The notes below the pieces were generated by a model, which was given only the letters and a program-made list of their open reading frames with translations, was not told where the DNA came from and ran no database searches. Positions 27,301 through 32,877 of a stretch of 32,877 nt of DNA are shown one piece after another. How positions within the stretch are numbered: the stretch's first letter is position 1; every line of letters begins with the position of its first letter. The stretch covers positions 1 to 32,877 of IMG/VR virus record IMGVR_UViG_3300038974_000543; one strand, written 5' to 3'. Position numbers and translations under genes: made by a program. This DNA comes from a virus. Taxonomy: Duplodnaviria; Caudoviricetes.

Positions 27301-29135
27301 GCTCCTCACCCAGGAATAAATGCAGCAATATCTCCAGCAGTAGAAATTGTACTAAGTACTTCGTTTCTATTTAATGGACCAGTAGTTAAATTATGAAGTG
27401 TTGTACCCCTTCCAACTTTTGCATTTAATGTCTGCAATGATTCATTAGGTGTTTTAGATTTTGCTTGACTTTGTAATATTTGTAAAGCTGTTCCTCCTTG
27501 AGCTTTTATGATTCCTCCAAATTTATTAACGGGAACTTGTTGAGTCTGTTGTTCTTGTTTTTGTAAATTTAACTCTATTTCAGCTAAAAGATTTCTAACT
27601 TTATCAGTTAAAACCTTATTTGCTTTTAAAGATTCATCATATTTTAAACCATATTTTAAATATCCTAAATCTTGATCAGAAATTTCATATCCTGATTTTA
27701 AATTACTTGCAATTGAATTCACTATTGCATCATAATTGGCAGACCCTCATGGTTTTACGTCTTTAATATGAGGAAATAAAATATCTGGATCAACTACTGA
27801 AATTTGTCTATGTGTATTTCCAAATCCTGTAATTTTTAAGTTTACAACTCTTCCTTGTTGATCTCTGTATATATTATCCTCACCTCTTGTAAGTTTATAA
27901 CTTCTTCCGTTTTGCTCAACTTGGAGATTTTTTGTAAAGTCGCGTCTACCTAATATATCCTTATTGAATTTTCCATCTTTTTCCTCAGATCATCCATATA
28001 CTTTTGCTCCAGGTAAATTAGTAATTAATTCTCTTCCTATATTTTGTGAAGCATATTGATCAGGTTTCCATACTCCTGGATTTTGAGCATATTGACCTGG
28101 ACTATACCAATGAAATCCTTCTGCGTCATTTCTTCAAGAAAATCCAAATCCTGGAGCAAATTGATCATCCATTCCATGATTAAATAATTCATTTCCTTTA
28201 AGTACAATATGTTTTTTAGTAGTAGGATTATATAATACGTTTGCTTTATTTTTCTTTAAAACATCAGATCACCAAGTAGCTCCTTGATCAGGTGTCCAAT
28301 TAGGATCTGCTAATTGAGTATATCCTAAATCAATTAATTGTTTTTTTAGATCTGGGTTAGTTACCCCTATTTTTCCAAACATTTCATCAGCTGATTTAGC
28401 TGTTTGTTCTACTTGTTGAGCTTTTAATCTTTCTTTATCTTGATCAGATAAAAGATATTTGAATGGTTCCCATTTCATTTCAAATGATGACCTGTTAAAT
28501 GCGTCCCAATCTTTATTTTTAATTGCTTGTTCAATTGCATTTATTTTATCAATATCTTTTGCTTTATATTGATTAGGATTTTCCGCAATTAATTTACGAT
28601 AATCATTAATAAGCCCTTGTCCTAATTCAAAAACTTTTGATTTTCTTTTATCATCACTATCCAATTGAGAAAACTCCCATTGAAGTGCACCAGGTGTGCC
28701 ATATTTTGATAAAATGTAATTATCCAAATTATTTATATCTAATTCTTTTGCTGTTCCAGTAGCTCCTGTATTTGTTCCAGTGGTTTTATTTGAACGACCA
28801 ATGGCATTTCCATAAATAGATGCGGCGACAGACATCGCATCTTGATCATCTTTTATTTTTAATTTTCCAGAAAGTCACAAGTTTTTAATATCATCAGGAC
28901 TTCCTTGAAATTTTTCAGAACCTGGTCCAGAAATTGTAAATGATTTACCAACTGGGTCTACAGAAAAAGATTTTCCTTCAGGATTTGCCATATAGTCTCT
29001 AATCTGAACTAAATAATCTCTTACCTTTCTTTCATCTTTACTACGAAGATTATAATTTCCAAGTTCTTGATTTATTAAGTCATTTAGATTTTGATCAATA
29101 GTACTTCCTGTTTGAAGTTTTTTCACTAATGCCAT
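24357..29135 (-). CDS. Large putative internal/ejection (cargo) protein with hydrophobic segments and a Pro/Ala/Lys-rich linker, 1592 aa (TGA=Trp)
   Basis: ATG 29135 (MALVKKLQTG) to TAA 24357. Seven track ORFs are in frame, joined by TGA at 28875, 28269, 27306, 26178, 25335, 24642 and others. Gly/Ala-rich hydrophobic stretch at about 27130-27370. Function inferred. Confidence 0.8.
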
Positions 29136-29163
29136 AGTTATATTAGTTTTTATAATTATTAAT

Positions 29164-29194
29164 AAAAAAGGGGAAGTCAGTATCCTGCTTCCCC
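29164..29194 (-). terminator. Rho-independent terminator
   Basis: mRNA GGGGAAG-CAGGAUACUGA-CUUCCCC-UUUUUU, 16 nt after the stop of the 87-aa gene. Confidence 0.88.
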
Positions 29195-29210
29195 AAATTA
29201 AGGTAAGCTA

Positions 29211-29474
29211 TTATTTGCGTACCATAACTAATTTACCACCTTTTCTTTGATAAGTTGGTTGACCTTGTTGAGCAGCGCCTTCTAACATTTGCATAATCAT
29301 CTGAGCAAGCATAGCAGCCGCATCAGGACCTAACTGCTGAATAATCTGTTGAGCCATTTGAGCAATTTGTTCTTCGGCTCCTCCACCTTGTGGAGCTTGT
29401 TCTGCACCTTGTGCTTCTGCAGGAGCACCTGCTTCAGGAGCTGGTCCACCTTGTTGAAATTTTTTGATTTTCAT
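29211..29474 (-). CDS. Small Gln/Ala/Pro-rich protein (87 aa), crAss-like hypothetical
   Basis: Clean ORF MKIKKFQQGG...YQRKGGKLVMVRK with an A-rich leader, tandem TAA TAG stops and a following terminator. Confidence 0.85.
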   Translation of the reverse strand: MKIKKFQQGGPAPEAGAPAEAQGAEQAPQGGGAEEQIAQMAQQIIQQLGPDAAAMLAQMIMQMLEGAAQQGQPTYQRKGGKLVMVRK

Positions 29475-29515
29475 TTTAATTAATTAATTTTTAGATTTTA
29501 CATTAGAGATACACT

Positions 29516-30061
29516 CTATTTTAATTTATTTATTGATTCAGGGAAATCATTAATGGCATAACGTCATTGAAATCCTCCTGATGACTTTAATTTAAAATTA
29601 CAACATTTAATAATTGCGCTAGCATCTTTTAAATTTACAGCTCTGGCTGCATTTGCTGCACTTTCATATATTGTAATAAATTCTCCATTTTTATCATATT
29701 GGGCAACTTTTTTACAAGAAGGATGACTTTTTCCAGATAACCCTTGTCCTCCAATTGATAAATTATATCCATTTTCATATGAATTATTTAACCCTATATA
29801 ATATATCTCCAATTCATTTAATCTCATACTTAATTGATTTTCATCATCATTATATTCCGTAATTAAAACCTCGTATGTAAAAGAATCAAATCCATATTTT
29901 CGAATAGCTCTATAAAATGGTAAATTGTATCCAATATAATTTGGGTTTTGAGAATTATATTTATGTTGCAATTTTCTAAAATCTCCTTGTATAGTCTGAC
30001 CAATATAGCATTTTCCACTTGGAGAAGTGTATTTATAAATTATTCCTTTTCTCATAATCAT
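29516..30061 (-). CDS. GIY-YIG homing endonuclease with C-terminal NUMOD1-like DNA-binding domain (about 181 aa)
   Basis: GIIYKYTSPSGKCYIGQT, LNELEIYYI, GYNLSIGG, then KKVAQYDKNGEFITIYESAANAAR...SSGGFQ-W(TGA 29564)-RY. Ends at TAG 29516. The start may be the ATG at 30055. Confidence 0.88.
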
Positions 30062-30063
30062 TT

Positions 30064-30657
30064 TTAGTTTTTACTTTTAACAAACTCAGGCTCAGTTTCC
30101 TCTTGAGTCTGTAAAAATTTAAACACTCTTTTTCCTAATGTTTTATAATCATTATCATTTTGTGTAATAGATGCTTTTTTCGCAAATTTAATAAGAGTCT
30201 TAGTATGTTTACGTGAAAAAATTCTTTCTCCACCATCTAATTCCATTTGCGTTTCTCCATTTGAATCTAACACTTGCATTTTATCCTTGTTTATCTTTTT
30301 GTCAGATGAGAATTCTAATTCGTCTCCTGCTACAATTCCTGATCCTTGATTAACTTCTAATACAAAAACAACGTTGTCTTCTACTATTTGTTCTTCAGAT
30401 TCGGGAGTACCTTGATGTACCGAAATAACGGTGAGGTCTTCATCTATAAAAATTATATCTAATGGAATTTGAGTATCTTTCATTCAAAATGAAACTGTAC
30501 CATCATAATCTGGATCTTCATCCTCAAAAATAAAAAGCATACCTTCATCTTCTGGTAATTCAGTAACTCCTTGTAAACCTTTCTCTTTTTGATCGTCTGT
30601 TTGTGCTAACTGAACATTATATGTTTTATCAGCAATATGTATTTTAATTTTTTGCAT
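30064..30657 (-). CDS. DUF192 (COG1430) family protein with C-terminal extension (197 aa)
   Basis: VQLAQT..KEKGL...EGMLFIF...SF-W(TGA 30484)-MKDTQIPLDIIFID...VLEVNQG is the DUF192 signature. Joins track ORFs 30484..30669 and 30064..30483. Alternative start at 30669. Confidence 0.88.
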
Positions 30658-30847
30658 TTTTAAACTCATCGATTAAAGGTTGTAAGAAATCAATAGAACC
30701 TCCATTTGCATGTTTTTTAAACTCTCCTGATTTAAATCTTTTCGCCAATGCTTTTCTATGTGGAGTACATGTTTTTTTAGTCATTGGTGTGCAATACCCT
30801 TTATGTTTAGGATTTACGGCATCCTGTATTCAATTCTTTTTTGCCAT
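30644..30847 (-). CDS. Small basic hypothetical protein (67 aa), missed by the ORF track
   Basis: MAKKN-W(TGA)-IQDAVNPKHKGYCTPMTKKTCTPHRKALAKRFKSGEFKKHANGGSIDFLQPLIDEFKNAKN*. TAATG overlap with the upstream stop; it fills the gap between neighbours exactly. Confidence 0.8.
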
Positions 30848-31941
30848 TATTCTATTGTATTTAAAAGTCCAGTTCTATCGTCTGTATTCTCTAATATTTC
30901 AGATACTAAAAATTTACCACACTCAATTGCAAGTTTATTTTTTTCATCATCTGAAGCATCTTTATATTTTTTAAAGTAATCCTCTAATGCATTGGTGGTC
31001 TCTTTATGAAAGATTATTTCATCTCTTTCAATTTCAGCATGTTGAGTAATATCTCCACCTTCATTAAATGTAATTACTGGAATACCTTTGTTAGTAACTG
31101 AATCTGCAATTTCTTTTGGTAAATCATGCTTTCTTGCATGAAGTGCTCCTTCTGGTATAACATTTAATTTTCCTCCTTCTTGAAATAATGGTAAATCTTC
31201 ATCAACTGTAGAATCTATAATTATTTCTGGAATATCGGATTTCTTTACTTTTTTAGCAAGATTTCTCAATTGAGCAGGATTTATAGTTCCTCCTTTTTTA
31301 GATGCAAGTATATTGGTTCTTACTCCGCCATATAATTTTTGCTCATTACTTGCGGCAATATCCCCAAATGTATTTTGAGCAGATAACATATTTTGTTTAT
31401 TTTGATAAGCGGCATTTCCAGCTAATAAATTAGTTTTATCATAACTTTTTGTTAGATAATTAGATTTTTTAACTTTTCCTGCCCATGTTCCTAATAATGT
31501 ATGTTTCTTTCCAGCATTAGGATTTAGTTGAGAGGTATAAGCCCCTGTATCTAAACCTTTAGTTCCTTGTTCTTCAGTTTTTGCTCCAGCATATCTATTA
31601 AGATAATCAAGTCCTTTTAAAGCCCCTGCTCCAACCATTAATCCAACGTTTCCTGATTTCATTGCTAAATCAAGAGCTAAATCGGTACCATTAGAAAATA
31701 ATTGTTCTCCGCCAGAAATATTATCGGCTTGTTTTCCTCCAAGTAATTGAATAGCTGGATCAATTAATCCAACAGCTGGGGCAACAAAATTCTGCATATT
31801 AGAAGAAGTCGCTGCGCGTTGAGCAGCTTTGGCGTTTCCACCAAAGCTATCTACGCTAAACGATTTTCCTAATCAGTCAGTATATTGAGTTGTAGGATTC
31901 ACAATTTTTCCTGAAGTTTGAAATTTTTGTATTTTATGCAT
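30847..31941 (-). CDS. Putative internal virion protein, 364 aa (TGA=Trp)
   Basis: ATG 31941 overlaps the upstream stop (ATGCATAA). One TGA at codon 23 extends track ORF 30847..31797. The C-terminal NVIPEGALHARKH..KGIPVI..QHAEIERDEIIF block resembles crAss-like structural-module proteins as I recall them. Confidence 0.8.
31825..31848. other. Inverted repeat (8-bp stem, 8-nt loop) in the 5' region of the 364-aa gene
   Basis: agctttgg-cgtttcca-ccaaagct. Confidence 0.4.
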
Positions 31942-32877
31942 AACTTATTGTAAAAAATGTTTTAAGAGCATTTATGATTGCATATTGTGTACCATCATAT
32001 TTAACTCTTATTTTAATGTATTTATCCCTAATTTTCATTTCATTTACATTAGTCAATGTAAAATATCCATTTTTTAAATATGCGTAATTAAATATAATTG
32101 GTTGGATTTGAACATCTCACGCATCTTCTAAATATTGCATATTTCCTTTAACTCTACCATATTTCTTAATGTCAGCACCTTTTTGATAAATATTTACTAA
32201 CTTTTCCTTTGTTTTATTATGTTCTCTAATTGTCAAATCTCTTAAAATTGACATATTAAATGGATTTGATAAAGGACCTCTATCTCTATAAAATGAAGTA
32301 GGGTCATTTATATCAAATGATTGAGTTATAATATAAGGAAGTTTTTTAACCTCTGGATTATTTCCCAAATAAGTAGTAAACTGTGTTTGATTTTCAAGTC
32401 CGTAAATTTTAGATTTATCTGAATGCCAATCAAATCCTTCACCAACTACTTCAAAAAAGAATGAATTTGGTTCTGCTAAATTAGAAATAATTTTTAAATT
32501 ATTAAATATTTTTTGCACTCCTTGTACCCCAATTACTACAAACTCGAACTCAAATGGGTGTTGTTCGTCATATCAGTTCGTTGGAAGAATATTTCCCAAT
32601 TCTTCTTCATTTCCTGCGAATCCATGCTTATAAAGTATACTTTCTTTATTTTCATGTTTGCTTCGATTTGCAAAGGTATAAAAAATATTATTAATATTTT
32701 CTGAAAATTCAGGAAATCATGTATAACGTGTTACTCATTTATTTAATAATTCATTTCAACATAAATTTCATTTTATATTATTATATTTAAAAACAAACAT
32801 GATATCTTGTTTAAAAGCATTATAATGTGATTTTATAAAATTATTTCCAATTGTTATATCTTTATCAGATTCTTTTA
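31934..32877 (-). CDS. C-terminal 313 aa of a crAss-like tail stabilisation / muzzle-type protein (5'-truncated)
   Basis: Open from the window edge to TAA 31934 with 6 TGA: HYNAFKQDIMF..WNLCWNELLNKWVTRYTWFP..PTNWYDEQHPFEFEFVV..QKIFNNLKIISNLAEP..KIRDKYIKIRVKYDG..TISYA*. Family call from recalled motifs and position upstream of the cargo genes. Confidence 0.68.

Larger units (their letters stand above)
1..32877 (-). mobile_element. crAss-like (Crassvirales-type) bacteriophage genome segment: tail / internal cargo / virion RNA polymerase module, TGA=Trp code
   Basis: Single-strand, gap-free run of very large genes, including a multisubunit-type RNAP with DFDID motif, downstream of a tail stabilisation-like gene. 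This order matches what I know of phi14:2/crAss001-like phages. No host housekeeping genes are present. Confidence 0.9.

Noticed and set aside
29498-29518. TAG also recoded (Gln)
   Set aside because: I found no in-frame TAG inside any long gene. Read-through at 29516 would add only six residues before TAA.
29564-30486. TGA as Gly (table 25) or selenocysteine
   Set aside because: TGA occupies conserved Trp positions in DUF192 (FWMK) and NUMOD1 (GGFQWRY). There are dozens of sites, and I saw no adjacent SECIS-like stems.
7457-32704. All plus-strand track ORFs (e.g. 7457..7738, 11156..11761, 15860..16204, 18674..18985, 26629..27396, 30758..30979, 32513..32704)
   Set aside because: Antisense shadows of long minus-strand genes, with Ser/Phe/Ile/Leu-rich composition and no recognisable motifs.
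1-32877. Interpretation as a decayed prophage with many pseudogenes
   Set aside because: The breaks are all TGA and preserve frame (apart from the one frame change at about 14420), and catalytic motifs are intact. Random decay would also give TAA/TAG and many frameshifts.
1-32877. tRNA (including a UCA suppressor), CRISPR array, group I/II intron
   Set aside because: After read-through the largest intergenic gap is about 75 nt and holds the terminator. No repeat-spacer pattern or cloverleaf was seen. Any suppressor tRNA must lie outside this window.

Overview
AT-rich (roughly 27-30% GC by eye), fully coding segment of a crAss-like (Crassvirales-type) phage genome, with all real genes on the minus strand. 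The supplied ORF track is fragmented because TGA is read as Trp. Reading through TGA joins about 35 fragments into 12 tightly packed genes. In transcription order: C-terminus of a tail stabilisation/muzzle-like protein; a 364-aa putative internal virion protein; a 67-aa Cys-containing protein missing from the track; a DUF192 protein; a GIY-YIG/NUMOD1 homing endonuclease; an 87-aa Gln/Ala-rich protein and a terminator; then the giant ejected-cargo cluster of 1592 aa, 616 aa, 2693 aa (SF1 helicase domain) plus a 363-aa out-of-frame tail, a 3461-aa single-chain virion RNA polymerase (GSDFDIDK) with inserted P-loop and zincin domains, and a further large protein that runs off the window. Patterns the annotation does not explain: (i) otherwise Cys-free giant proteins have cysteines only at the termini that face each other in gene order, a candidate head-to-tail tether; (ii) a recurring K/F-x-x-G-G peptide motif in seven of the proteins; (iii) GC-rich hairpins just downstream of several start codons; (iv) a +1 frame break in the helicase gene. 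All family calls come from motif recognition by eye. No database searches were run.
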